From assembly GCA_003164215.1 (NCBI GenBank), contig PLSR01000017.1, positions 148,029 through 205,630 of the forward strand: a stretch of 57,602 nucleotides of DNA, given 5' to 3'. The stretch is from Candidatus Kaiserbacteria bacterium. GTDB lineage: Bacteria > Patescibacteriota > Minisyncoccia > Phycocordibacterales > UBA2100. Shown here in pieces: positions 9,774 through 18,738 of the stretch (position 1 is its first letter; the number at the start of each line of letters is the position of its first letter). A program made the position numbers and the translations under genes. Under the pieces are notes generated by a model. The model was given only the letters and a program-made list of their open reading frames with translations. It had not been told where the DNA came from and made no database searches.

Positions 9774-11135
9774 ATGGCTCTTGAAGACCTCAAGCATGTC
9801 CAGAAAGCGCTTCCTGATGGCGGAAAAGTCGTCGTGCTCGATACGGGTGCGATAATCGGCCCTGAGTCGGAGGCGATGCTCCAGGCACTTCATTCGCGCT
9901 CGCTCGGCGGTATCGATTCACACCTCCAAAAGCTTGCAAAGAGCGGTTCCGAAAGGTTCATGTCGATCTTTTACGTGGGGTATGGACATAAATCGATCGG
10001 CGATTGCGGCTCGGTAACGATCTTCGTCGAAGGGGTATCGATGCTCGTGGCTAAGGCGATCCAGCAATATCCGCTTTACAACGGGCAGGAAGCTTCGACC
10101 CGCTATATCGATTATGAGCACCAGGTCTTTATCGATCCCGTAGGTACCAAGACTTCGAAAGCGATCCTTGAGGATTGGCGCTCGTTCTATCTTGAGGGCA
10201 TTGCAACGATGAAAGATGAGCTCAAACGGCGCCACCCGCGACTCGACGACGAAGAGGAAAAGATCTATGAAAAAGCGATCAATGCGCGCGCATTCGATAT
10301 CATGCGCGGCTTCCTTCCAGCTGGTTCGTCGACGAATCTTGCCTGGCACACTGAGTTGCGCCACGCGGCAGACCATCTCATGACGTTGCGACATCACCCG
10401 CTTGCGGAAGTGCGCACGGTGGCAGAGACGATCGAGGCTGCGCTTATCGAAAAATATCCGAATTCATTCTCAGACAAGCGATACGAGAAGACCGAAGCAT
10501 ATAACGACAGGTGGATGAAGCATGATTACTATTTTGATGAAAAGATCGCGCGCGATTTCATGCTTGAGCGTGACAACATCGATCATTCGATTTTGCGCGC
10601 CCATAAAACGGCGTTTGCGAAGCGCCCGCCCATGACGGATATGCCGAAGTTCTTCGCATCGGCAGGGACGATGCGCTTCGGCTTCTTGCTTGATTTCGGT
10701 TCGTTCCGCGATATCCAACGCCACCGAGCAGTTGTACAACGTATGCCGCTTATAACCACTCAGCATGGCTTTGAGCCATGGTATCTTGAGCAGCTGCCAG
10801 ATACGTTGCGTCAGAAAGCCGAGAAGACGATCAGGAAGCAGCTGTCGTCCGTTCGTGCGCTTAAGTTGACTCGCGAGGTCCAGCAATACTATCTGCCTAT
10901 GGGTCTGCGTGTGCGATGCCAGCTTACGGGGGACCTTCCGGCGCTCACGTATCTCATTGAGCGTCGTGCACGTCTCGATGTGCACCCTACGTTGCGAATC
11001 GTCGCCCTGAAGATGGGCAAGGTGCTCGACAAACGCTTTGGCAGAGACGGTTTGAAATTGTATATGGAAGAAACAGGGGATAGATTTAATTACGCGAGAG
11101 GGAAGCAGGATATTGTAGAGCGGAAATCTGTATAG
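9774..11135 (+). CDS. thyX: FAD-dependent thymidylate synthase ThyX, tandem (two-domain) form
   Basis: 453 aa, about twice the usual ThyX length. The first half has GHKSIGDCG...QEASTRY and the second half has QRHRAVVQRM, so the ThyX signature is split between the halves. Confidence 0.65.
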   Translation: MALEDLKHVQKALPDGGKVVVLDTGAIIGPESEAMLQALHSRSLGGIDSHLQKLAKSGSERFMSIFYVGYGHKSIGDCGSVTIFVEGVSMLVAKAIQQYPLYNGQEASTRYIDYEHQVFIDPVGTKTSKAILEDWRSFYLEGIATMKDELKRRHPRLDDEEEKIYEKAINARAFDIMRGFLPAGSSTNLAWHTELRHAADHLMTLRHHPLAEVRTVAETIEAALIEKYPNSFSDKRYEKTEAYNDRWMKHDYYFDEKIARDFMLERDNIDHSILRAHKTAFAKRPPMTDMPKFFASAGTMRFGFLLDFGSFRDIQRHRAVVQRMPLITTQHGFEPWYLEQLPDTLRQKAEKTIRKQLSSVRALKLTREVQQYYLPMGLRVRCQLTGDLPALTYLIERRARLDVHPTLRIVALKMGKVLDKRFGRDGLKLYMEETGDRFNYARGKQDIVERKSV

Positions 11136-11193
11136 ATTTTGAAGTGGAACGGGTTGAAATATCACTGGGTGGATCTCGAGCGCGAATAAACAA

Positions 11194-11220
11194 GGGCTTC
11201 GGAACAATGTCCCGAAGCCC
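11194..11220. terminator. 9-bp hairpin between convergent genes
   Basis: gggcttcgg-N9-ccgaagccc. Confidence 0.45.
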
Positions 11221-11236
11221 CTTGGTGAGTAGTAGT

Positions 11237-11707
11237 TCAGCCCGTCTCTTCTAATTCCGCCGTGTCCTCCTCATCAGTCTTGGTCAGCACGGTTTGCCCG
11301 AGCACGTGGACAAGGAATTGCCCGGTGATCTGAAGCGCGGCGCCCAGATCGTCGTACGAGACCATCTGGACGAAGTTATTGTCGCGCGCGCCGATCACGA
11401 ATCGGGTGATGTTCTGGCCGGATCGATGGAGGCACAGCACCTGCTTTCTCGATTCGGTCGCGACGCCAAGTTCCCATCCGAGCCCGGTGGATGCCTCGTC
11501 GACGAACGCGATCATCGCGGCGCAGACTCGGACATTTCCAAGATCGGTCAGGAAGACTTGTTTCGGCGTTCCGTTCGTCAGACCGACGAATTTGAGCACT
11601 TCAATGTCGAAGGTCTCTTCCAGCCGCGTCATGAATTTCTCGACGAATTCGCGATACGATAGCGGCGCGTTCGTAAGTCCGCACCCGACGTAAATCTTCG
11701 GCTTCAT
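11237..11707 (-). CDS. nucleoside 2-deoxyribosyltransferase-like protein
   Basis: MKPKIYVGCGL...CAAMIAFVDEASTGLGWELGVA fits the NDT/PTD-family pattern with a conserved Glu. I prefer the ATG at 11707 over the track start at 11785. Confidence 0.55.
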   Translation of the reverse strand: MKPKIYVGCGLTNAPLSYREFVEKFMTRLEETFDIEVLKFVGLTNGTPKQVFLTDLGNVRVCAAMIAFVDEASTGLGWELGVATESRKQVLCLHRSGQNITRFVIGARDNNFVQMVSYDDLGAALQITGQFLVHVLGQTVLTKTDEEDTAELEETG

Positions 11708-11797
11708 CGGCCTCTCCAGTGCAGCGGGATCGCTTGCGGCACTATATACTGGCGGCCCTGCCATCGGCAAGCGTTCCGCAGACATCGTTCCGAGTGC

Positions 11798-12805
11798 TTA
11801 TTTCTCAAGGTGTTTCAACACTTTGAGATAGAGATTCTCGACGATCTTTTGTTGTGAAGGGCCGGTCTTCACGTAGTGATCCAATCCCGGTGCGGCGTTT
11901 ATTTCGAGTATCCAATAGTTCCGCGGCTTATCCGAAATGGTGCCGTCGATCATGAGGTCGACGCCACATAAGCGCAGCCCCATATCTCGCGTGAGATCGA
12001 TCGCGATCTTCTTGAACATGGGGTGGATCGAATCGGTCACATCGAGCGCGTCGCCGCCGGTCGAGAGATTTGCATTATCGAGAAGAAATAGCTGTTGGCC
12101 GCGCGCAAGTTTTGAATCCAAGGTCAACCGCTGACGTTTGAGTTTGGTCAAAATGCGCGGATCCTCGAGCTTGATACGTGTGTCGCGGCTCGATGCGATG
12201 AATCTACGTTCCTTTTTTGTAAGTAGTTGCCGAATCGTCGATCGTCCGTCACCGACGATATTCAGGGGAATCCGTTGATACGCCGAGATGACCTCGTTAT
12301 CGAGGACGACGACACGATAATCTTTACCGGAAAGCTTTCGTTGTACGAGCGCAATGCGATCCTTTTTGAATGCACGACGCATGGCGCAATAGAATTCTTC
12401 TTTGTTGCATACGGCGCAGACGTCGGTGCCCTGCGTCCCGCTATTTGGTTTGATGATGACGGGGAAGCCGATCTTTCGCGCGTAGCGATATGCGGCATCG
12501 ATATCGCGCCTAGATCCGATCGCGGCGCACCACGAATCAGAGTAGAATGCGCGCCCGGGCGTGACAGGATACTTCATCAACCGCATGAAATAATTCGCGT
12601 AATCCTTATCCTTCGCGATATCAGACGCACCGACGGGGTTGAGGTCGAGGGTGTTGTAACGGAAATATCGCCGCTTGCCGCTCTTGAATGTGATCTGCCC
12701 GACAACGCCCCACTCCGGTTCGATCAGAACCTTCGCACCGATCTTTGAGCCTAATTTTTTGAGCAACGGGCCGAGCAGAAGGCTCTCTTTCTTGCGCTTC
12801 ATCAC
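11798..12805 (-). CDS. ATP-grasp ligase, cyanophycin-synthetase / RimK-like
   Basis: FPVIIKPNSGTQG, YRVVVLDNEVISAYQR, NANLSTGGDALDVTD and ILEINAAPG are classic ATP-grasp blocks shared with the CphA ATP-grasp module. Confidence 0.7.
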   Translation of the reverse strand: MMKRKKESLLLGPLLKKLGSKIGAKVLIEPEWGVVGQITFKSGKRRYFRYNTLDLNPVGASDIAKDKDYANYFMRLMKYPVTPGRAFYSDSWCAAIGSRRDIDAAYRYARKIGFPVIIKPNSGTQGTDVCAVCNKEEFYCAMRRAFKKDRIALVQRKLSGKDYRVVVLDNEVISAYQRIPLNIVGDGRSTIRQLLTKKERRFIASSRDTRIKLEDPRILTKLKRQRLTLDSKLARGQQLFLLDNANLSTGGDALDVTDSIHPMFKKIAIDLTRDMGLRLCGVDLMIDGTISDKPRNYWILEINAAPGLDHYVKTGPSQQKIVENLYLKVLKHLEK

Positions 12806-12848
12806 GGCATCATACCGATTGCGCGCGTATGCGCCAGTCGGGAAATTA

Positions 12849-13631
12849 TTACTGTTTCAAACCGAGTCCGGTGCGAATGAGATACATGTTGATGCCGATG
12901 AGGACCGCGATCAGTGCGACGAGAACGCCCGTACAGGTCCAAATCGAAATATCAGCGAAACCGAGGAATCCGAAACGAAAGCCGTTGATAAGATAAAAGA
13001 CGGGATTCACATATGTTACGTATTGCGCGGCTTGCGGCAGGGAATGTATTGAATAGAAGACGCCGCCGAGATAGGTAAGCGGGGTCAGGACGAATGTCGG
13101 CACGATGTTGATGGCATCGAGGGATTTGGCGTACACACCGTTCACTAAGCCGGCGAGCGCGAAGACGATCGCCGTCAGTACGGCGTAGAGGAAAATGATC
13201 GCGATGTTCGAGATCGCAAGATGGAGACCGGTGAAAAAGATCGAGACGATAAGGACGATCGCGCCGACCAACACGCCGCGGATGACACCGCCGGAGACGA
13301 ATCCCGCGATCATGAGCCACGGCGGCATGGGGGAAACGAGAAGCTCGTCGATCGAGCGCGCAAAGAATTTCGATTGGAAGAAGGTGAACGAGGTGTTGGC
13401 ATATGCATTGGTCAAGATCGCCATCATGACGAGTCCCGGCACGACGAATTGCATATAGGGGACGCCCTGCATCGTGCCGATGCGTGAACCGAGAACCGTG
13501 CCGAAAATGAGGAAGTATAAGCATGAGGTGATGACGCTCGGCAGGAACGTTTGCACCCAAATGCGAAAGATGCGGACCACGTCCTTGCGCATCATCGTGT
13601 AGAGAGAGATCCAGAGTTGATAGGTGTTCAT
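12849..13631 (-). CDS. ABC-2 type transporter permease
   Basis: 260 aa with 6 predicted TM segments. Downstream partner of the ABC ATPase. Confidence 0.8.
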   Translation of the reverse strand: MNTYQLWISLYTMMRKDVVRIFRIWVQTFLPSVITSCLYFLIFGTVLGSRIGTMQGVPYMQFVVPGLVMMAILTNAYANTSFTFFQSKFFARSIDELLVSPMPPWLMIAGFVSGGVIRGVLVGAIVLIVSIFFTGLHLAISNIAIIFLYAVLTAIVFALAGLVNGVYAKSLDAINIVPTFVLTPLTYLGGVFYSIHSLPQAAQYVTYVNPVFYLINGFRFGFLGFADISIWTCTGVLVALIAVLIGINMYLIRTGLGLKQ

Positions 13632-13638
13632 AGGCTGC

Positions 13639-13750
13639 GCTCGGTGGACGGGTAGTGTTTTACCGTCGCTATCTGGGCGTACTCGCCCAGCGCTCTGTCT
13701 CGGCCTCGACAGGCCTGCGAAGACGGTAAAACACTACCCGTCCACGCTCG
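13639..13750. mobile_element. MITE-like element: 24-bp perfect terminal inverted repeats, 54-nt core, flanked by a 5-bp direct repeat GCTCG
   Basis: gtggacgggtagtgttttaccgtc (13644-13667) pairs with gacggtaaaacactacccgtccac (13722-13745). gctcg occurs at 13639-13643 and 13746-13750. The element splits an ABC ATPase-permease pair. Confidence 0.55.
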
Positions 13751-13780
13751 CTTCCAGTTGATACTTTTGTTGCACATATA

Positions 13781-14545
13781 TTACTTTTCAGATGTTAGCT
13801 TCAAAAAGACTTCCTCGAGCTTGCCGCCGCGGAAGCCTTCCTGTTTGGATTCATCGCTACCGTGCTTTTCGAGGACATCCTGCATGGTGCCATTCTCAAC
13901 GATTTCGCCCTTGTTGATGATCGCGACATGTTTGCAGAGCTGCTCCGCTTCCTCGAGATAGTGGGTCGTCAAAAGAATGGTGAGGCCATTCTTGCTCAAC
14001 CGCGAAAGATAATCCCACATCGAGCGGCGCAACTCGACATCGACACCGGCGGTCGGCTCGTCGAGGATGAGGAAGCGCGGCTCATTGATAAGCGCGCGTG
14101 CGATCATGAGGCGGCGCTTCATGCCGCCGGAGAGGCTCATCGCGCTCTTGTCCATCTTGTCGCCGAGGCCGAGATCGGTCAGCAATTTTTCCGCGCGTGG
14201 GATCGCGGTCGAGCGCGGAATGCCGTAGTATCCGGCCTGGTTGACCACTATATTGATCGGCTTTTCGAACGGATTGAAATTTATTTCCTGACCGACGAGC
14301 CCGATCTGCATCTTCGCCGCCTCGGTCTCTTGATCGATGTCGTGGCCGAAGACCGAAACGGTGCCCGACGTCTTGTTGACGAGTCCGGTCGTGATCCCAA
14401 TGATCGTCGTCTTGCCGGCGCCGTTGGGGCCCAAGAGCGCGAAGAAATCGCCCTCCGGGATCTCTAGTGATACCTCCTTCAGCGCGACCACACCGTTACT
14501 GTAGGTCTTTTTGAGATCTTTTATTGAGAGCGCCGGGGTGGACAT
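13781..14545 (-). CDS. ABC transporter ATP-binding protein
   Basis: Walker A GPNGAGKTT, signature LSGGMKRRL, Walker B LILDEPT. Confidence 0.9.
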   Translation of the reverse strand: MSTPALSIKDLKKTYSNGVVALKEVSLEIPEGDFFALLGPNGAGKTTIIGITTGLVNKTSGTVSVFGHDIDQETEAAKMQIGLVGQEINFNPFEKPINIVVNQAGYYGIPRSTAIPRAEKLLTDLGLGDKMDKSAMSLSGGMKRRLMIARALINEPRFLILDEPTAGVDVELRRSMWDYLSRLSKNGLTILLTTHYLEEAEQLCKHVAIINKGEIVENGTMQDVLEKHGSDESKQEGFRGGKLEEVFLKLTSEK

Positions 14546-14560
14546 GACGTGTTTCGTTTA

Positions 14561-15292
14561 TTAGGTAGCTAAGAATGATGTGAGGTACGCATAGGTCTCA
14601 TGATAATCCTTGACGGGGCGCGTTGCGATCACACCGACGACCGTCTCATCGTTGCCTCCCGGAAAGAGCGCATCGCCGATGTATATGCATTCTTCTTTCT
14701 GCCAACCCCTCAGCGCGATAAGTTCACCGGTGTTATGTCCCTTGTTCATTCCCTTGAGATAGATATCGAGATTGGTCGTGCCGCCGATCGTTATTTCAAG
14801 TCCATGTTCGCTCTCGAGCAATGCAACTTCATCATGCAAGTCAGCCAGCACGGCGCGACGTTTTGAAAAGTCCGGATCGAATTTCTCTTTGAGATCAATA
14901 TCCGCATGCTGTCCGATGAAACTGAATGCCATTTGGCACCCGCGATCTTCGAGAAGATCGTTCTCATCGGGGACAACGGTGGGTGTGTGCTTGCGCGCGA
15001 GTGCGACGAACTTGGTCGCCGCTTCTTTTTGGGAAGGGGAGAGTAATCGCTCCCACAAGAGCGATCGATCTTTGTCGAATGCGCGATTGCCGTTCTGGGT
15101 GAGCGAATAATAATTCCCTTTGCTCAGATCCGTCAGGCGCCCCCAGATATTTTTCTCGCTTGAGCCCGATACGACGACCACATCTGCCTGGCGCGACATA
15201 TCTAACAAGATCTGCTCGTGCTCCGGCAGGATCGGTGACTTGCTCCTCGTCAATGTGTTGTCGAGGTCGAAGAAGAAATGTTTGTAGGGCAT
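14561..15292 (-). CDS. HAD-superfamily hydrolase (IIB / phosphomannomutase-like)
   Basis: FFDLDNTLT motif I and a C-terminal IGDALFPGGND motif IV. Confidence 0.7.
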   Translation of the reverse strand: MPYKHFFFDLDNTLTRSKSPILPEHEQILLDMSRQADVVVVSGSSEKNIWGRLTDLSKGNYYSLTQNGNRAFDKDRSLLWERLLSPSQKEAATKFVALARKHTPTVVPDENDLLEDRGCQMAFSFIGQHADIDLKEKFDPDFSKRRAVLADLHDEVALLESEHGLEITIGGTTNLDIYLKGMNKGHNTGELIALRGWQKEECIYIGDALFPGGNDETVVGVIATRPVKDYHETYAYLTSFLAT

Positions 15293-15294
15293 TG

Positions 15295-15825
15295 TTAACC
15301 TTTGAGCGGCAATCCGCCGGCGAAGTCAGACTTTCCAACATCGACGCCGTTCTTGCGGAGGATCGTATATGCCGTCGTCGCGTGGAAATAGAAATTCGGC
15401 ATAAGGTACTGCGTCACGTAGTCGAAGCCGGTCATGTGCTTGTCTTCCCAATAGGGCAGCACGACCTTAATTGCTTCCTTGCCAATGATCTGTTCCGGTT
15501 TGATGGTCTTCACGAATGCGATCGTTTTGTCGATGCGGGCTTTGAGCTCATCGATCGTCGCTTCGGTATCTTCAAATTTCGGGATCTCGATCTCGGCGAG
15601 GCGCGCTGCACCGCCCTTGGCGTTATCGCACGCGACTTGTACCTGCTTCATGAGCGGGAACTGGTCGAAGATGATGCGATCAGAGAGCAATGCGGATTCG
15701 AAATCGGCCCATGAGAGTTTTTTGCTATCAGAATGCTTTTTACCTTTGTCGAGAACGCCTTTCAATGCTTCAAGTGCCTTTAACATCGGCGGAATACTGA
15801 TCGAGTAGAGATTTGTTTCTTCCAT
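15295..15825 (-). CDS. DUF1993-family protein
   Basis: N-terminus YSISIPPMLKALEALKGVLDK resembles the DUF1993 four-helix-bundle family. Confidence 0.6.
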   Translation of the reverse strand: MEETNLYSISIPPMLKALEALKGVLDKGKKHSDSKKLSWADFESALLSDRIIFDQFPLMKQVQVACDNAKGGAARLAEIEIPKFEDTEATIDELKARIDKTIAFVKTIKPEQIIGKEAIKVVLPYWEDKHMTGFDYVTQYLMPNFYFHATTAYTILRKNGVDVGKSDFAGGLPLKG

Positions 15826-15938
15826 ATTTTTTCAATTACTGCTGTTAGTGTCGTGACAGTGTATCTTGTTATATACAACGCGCAATGTGGATCACGTGAA
15901 TATTCCGGAAAAGAAAGCCGCCCGCGCGATGATTCACA

Positions 15939-17477
15939 TCACGGGGCGGCAGTGGGCAGAGTTTTGAACAAATCGACAAGATCTTCGTCGGTGCCGAGAT
16001 CTTCCGTGCTGAGGTAGTACACATGCACGGCAGGAAGCATCGTCGCCATTTCATGGAGCTCCTGCACATCACCGCGGCAGGCCTCCAGGAGTTTTTTCGG
16101 ACCTTCCCGAGTCGAAACGAGAAAGTGAGTTCCCGGCTTGATCGAGTGCAAATGATCCTCGACGAGCGAGAACGTCACACCTGATTCCTCAAGCCGTTTC
16201 TTGAATGCGAGCGCCTCAGAGCGAGTGCGGAAGGACTCCACCCTGCACTTCAAGGAAAGTGCGCGCAAGACGCCTCGCTTGCCGTATGCATCATCGACCT
16301 GCCGTTCGAGCTCTCCATCAGACATTTCCAGAAGCTCGTCTCGCGTGACCCTACCTTCTTCATAGAGTCGCTTCACGAGGATGCGGGAGATAAGGTATTC
16401 GCCGAAGCGCGCGCGGGGGTGGTAGTAAAGTTCGCGGAAGAGAACGATCCGGGCTTTCAGGAACGCGATCAGACGTCGTGGGTCCGTAAAGACCATTTGA
16501 TCACCTTCACGCACCACCGAGTCCCATATACTGCACACGTGCGGGAATTCCTCTATGATCTCCTTGAGCGCCCTTGTCCCGACATAAAAGTCGCTGTCAT
16601 CGGATCCCGCGAATGCGCCGAGGCAGGTCTCGATGTCGCGGGCAACGTAGGCAAGCTTGTCCGCGATGTCGAGCACTTGGCCGAGCAGTCCTCTATTGAG
16701 GATCGTTTCGAGCAGTTGCGGCTCGTCTATCTGGAAACGGTCCCGGAACGCATTCCATTTACCGGGCCCCGTCTTCTCTCGGAGCAACCGTTCGTAGTGA
16801 GCATCCTCGTCGAATGCCTTCGGATCGATCAGCTTCACCGAATCACCGCCTGCCGGTGTGCCACGGTCATGCGTAAGGCCCGCGACCCGCAGTGTATTCA
16901 ATTCACCTTGAGTCAGCCCGAAGTTGTAGCCGATGAGCGACACGAGCATCATCACGTCTAGCGAATGCAGGTACCGCGTCCCATTCGTGAGCGGCATGAC
17001 GAACGGTTGATCCATCATCGCGACCCACGGCGCTTGCAGATATCCGAGTTGGTTCACGAACTGAAGCCGGAAGATGTTGAACACCCGGCACGCCTCCGCG
17101 CACAATCCGTCATCAAGCACCATATAGGAGACGCCCGTGTGCGGTAACGCATTTACGATGGCGAGCGGGTCTTCTTGGGTCGTGGCGTACCAGAATCGCA
17201 ACCACACCCGCGAATGAATCGGTAGTTCATTGACCCACGATGGCTCTCCATTCGTTTCGCGCCTCACGGACGAATACCTGCCTTCCATCTCCATCATGTT
17301 GAGGGAGAGGGAATTTCGGGCGATCGTCGAGCTGTCAACGTCGACGACCCCAAATTTCTGTATTGCCAGCGATTCGCTCAAATTTGGGAACCGCGCGAGC
17401 GGAAGAATGAGCAGATCATCTATCTTGACGACATCCTGGAGTCCCAGGGTGTCGTAATGGGTCAGTCTTTGAGCCAT
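15939..17477 (-). CDS. HD-domain phosphohydrolase-like protein (distant SAMHD1/dNTPase-like)
   Basis: 512 aa. RYLHSLDV ... AGLTHDRGTPAGGD supplies the H...HD residues. The rest is unassigned. Confidence 0.5.
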   Translation of the reverse strand: MAQRLTHYDTLGLQDVVKIDDLLILPLARFPNLSESLAIQKFGVVDVDSSTIARNSLSLNMMEMEGRYSSVRRETNGEPSWVNELPIHSRVWLRFWYATTQEDPLAIVNALPHTGVSYMVLDDGLCAEACRVFNIFRLQFVNQLGYLQAPWVAMMDQPFVMPLTNGTRYLHSLDVMMLVSLIGYNFGLTQGELNTLRVAGLTHDRGTPAGGDSVKLIDPKAFDEDAHYERLLREKTGPGKWNAFRDRFQIDEPQLLETILNRGLLGQVLDIADKLAYVARDIETCLGAFAGSDDSDFYVGTRALKEIIEEFPHVCSIWDSVVREGDQMVFTDPRRLIAFLKARIVLFRELYYHPRARFGEYLISRILVKRLYEEGRVTRDELLEMSDGELERQVDDAYGKRGVLRALSLKCRVESFRTRSEALAFKKRLEESGVTFSLVEDHLHSIKPGTHFLVSTREGPKKLLEACRGDVQELHEMATMLPAVHVYYLSTEDLGTDEDLVDLFKTLPTAAP

Positions 17478-17565
17478 CAGAGCCTCCTGGGTCTTCGGTT
17501 GTCTTCATCGCTATTGACCATTTGGACCGTAACACTTTTACATCTGTGTAAATATCCTGGTCACG

Positions 17566-18738
17566 TCACTTTTTGGAGAAATCGATCGCGACTTCGCTCG
17601 GTGCATTCTGATGTGCGGGACGCACATCCGACATATCGTTCGTGTGCGCCGCCGGCAAGTAGACCGACACGGTCGTTCCGTGTCCGACACTGCTCCGGAT
17701 CGCGATGCGTCCTTGGTGCGCTTTGACGAGCTCGGAAACGATCGTGAGTCCGAGACCGGAGCTGCTGTTGCCATACATGCCCGCGCGGGCGCGCGAGCGT
17801 TCCGCGCGGTAGAACGGCTCGAAGATACGGTAGAGGTCCTTACGCGGAATGCCGATGCCGGAATCCTGCACTGACAATTCGATGTGGCCGTAGAGCGTGC
17901 GATCGATCATGATCCTGATGCGGCCGCCTTTTGGTGTATACGAGATGGCGTTCTTGAGGATATTGCCGGCAATCTGTTCGAGCGCTGTCGCGTTGCCCCA
18001 CACATCCATGTTCGATCCGTTGCGCACAAGCACTTCGAGCTCTTTGCTTTTCGCGAGCGGACCGTAAAGTTCCACGACATTCGCTACGACGCTCGAAAAA
18101 TCGACGGACGCGAATTCCATTTCTTCGGGGTGCACTAAGATCGAGAGCGAGAGGAGATTGTTGATGATCTGAGACACCCGATCGAGCTCCTCTATGTTGC
18201 TCATGAGCGTCTGTCTTAGATCGGGGGCCATCGCAGTATCAAAGAGTGCGACTTCAGTATTCGTTTTGATGATGGAAAGCGGCGTGCGGAGCTCGTGCGC
18301 GACATTGCCGATGAATTGTTTCTGCGATTCGAGTGCATTGCGCGCGGGGCGCAGGGTAATGCGCCCGATGACATAGCCGAACACGATCGTCGCTATAGAC
18401 ACGATACCGATGATGGTCAAGAGATTCAGCGTCCTGATGTTCTCGACCTCAGCTATGATCTCCGGACCCATCAACGTGGGGGCGTTGGACGCGAGACTTT
18501 CGCGGATCCCATTAACGATCGCGAATGAGATATTGTGATAGAGAATACTGAACGAGACGACGATGAGCGCGATGATGATGATCGCGAACACCGCCTGAAG
18601 TGCGATCACGTTCACCTCGGTTTGAAAAAATAGGTCGTTGCGATATTTATGCAACCATGCGGTAACCGATTCCACGAACCGTTTCCAAGACCACGTCGCC
18701 GTGTCCCGTATCCAATTTGCGTCGAAGATTTTTAACAT
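17566..18738 (-). CDS. sensor histidine kinase
   Basis: H-box NVAHELRTPL, and N/G boxes (NAISYTP, DSGIGIP, GLGLTIV). The track start overlaps the regulator gene by 92 nt, so the true start is probably an internal GTG/TTG near 18650-18670. Confidence 0.85.
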   Translation of the reverse strand: MLKIFDANWIRDTATWSWKRFVESVTAWLHKYRNDLFFQTEVNVIALQAVFAIIIIALIVVSFSILYHNISFAIVNGIRESLASNAPTLMGPEIIAEVENIRTLNLLTIIGIVSIATIVFGYVIGRITLRPARNALESQKQFIGNVAHELRTPLSIIKTNTEVALFDTAMAPDLRQTLMSNIEELDRVSQIINNLLSLSILVHPEEMEFASVDFSSVVANVVELYGPLAKSKELEVLVRNGSNMDVWGNATALEQIAGNILKNAISYTPKGGRIRIMIDRTLYGHIELSVQDSGIGIPRKDLYRIFEPFYRAERSRARAGMYGNSSSGLGLTIVSELVKAHQGRIAIRSSVGHGTTVSVYLPAAHTNDMSDVRPAHQNAPSEVAIDFSKK

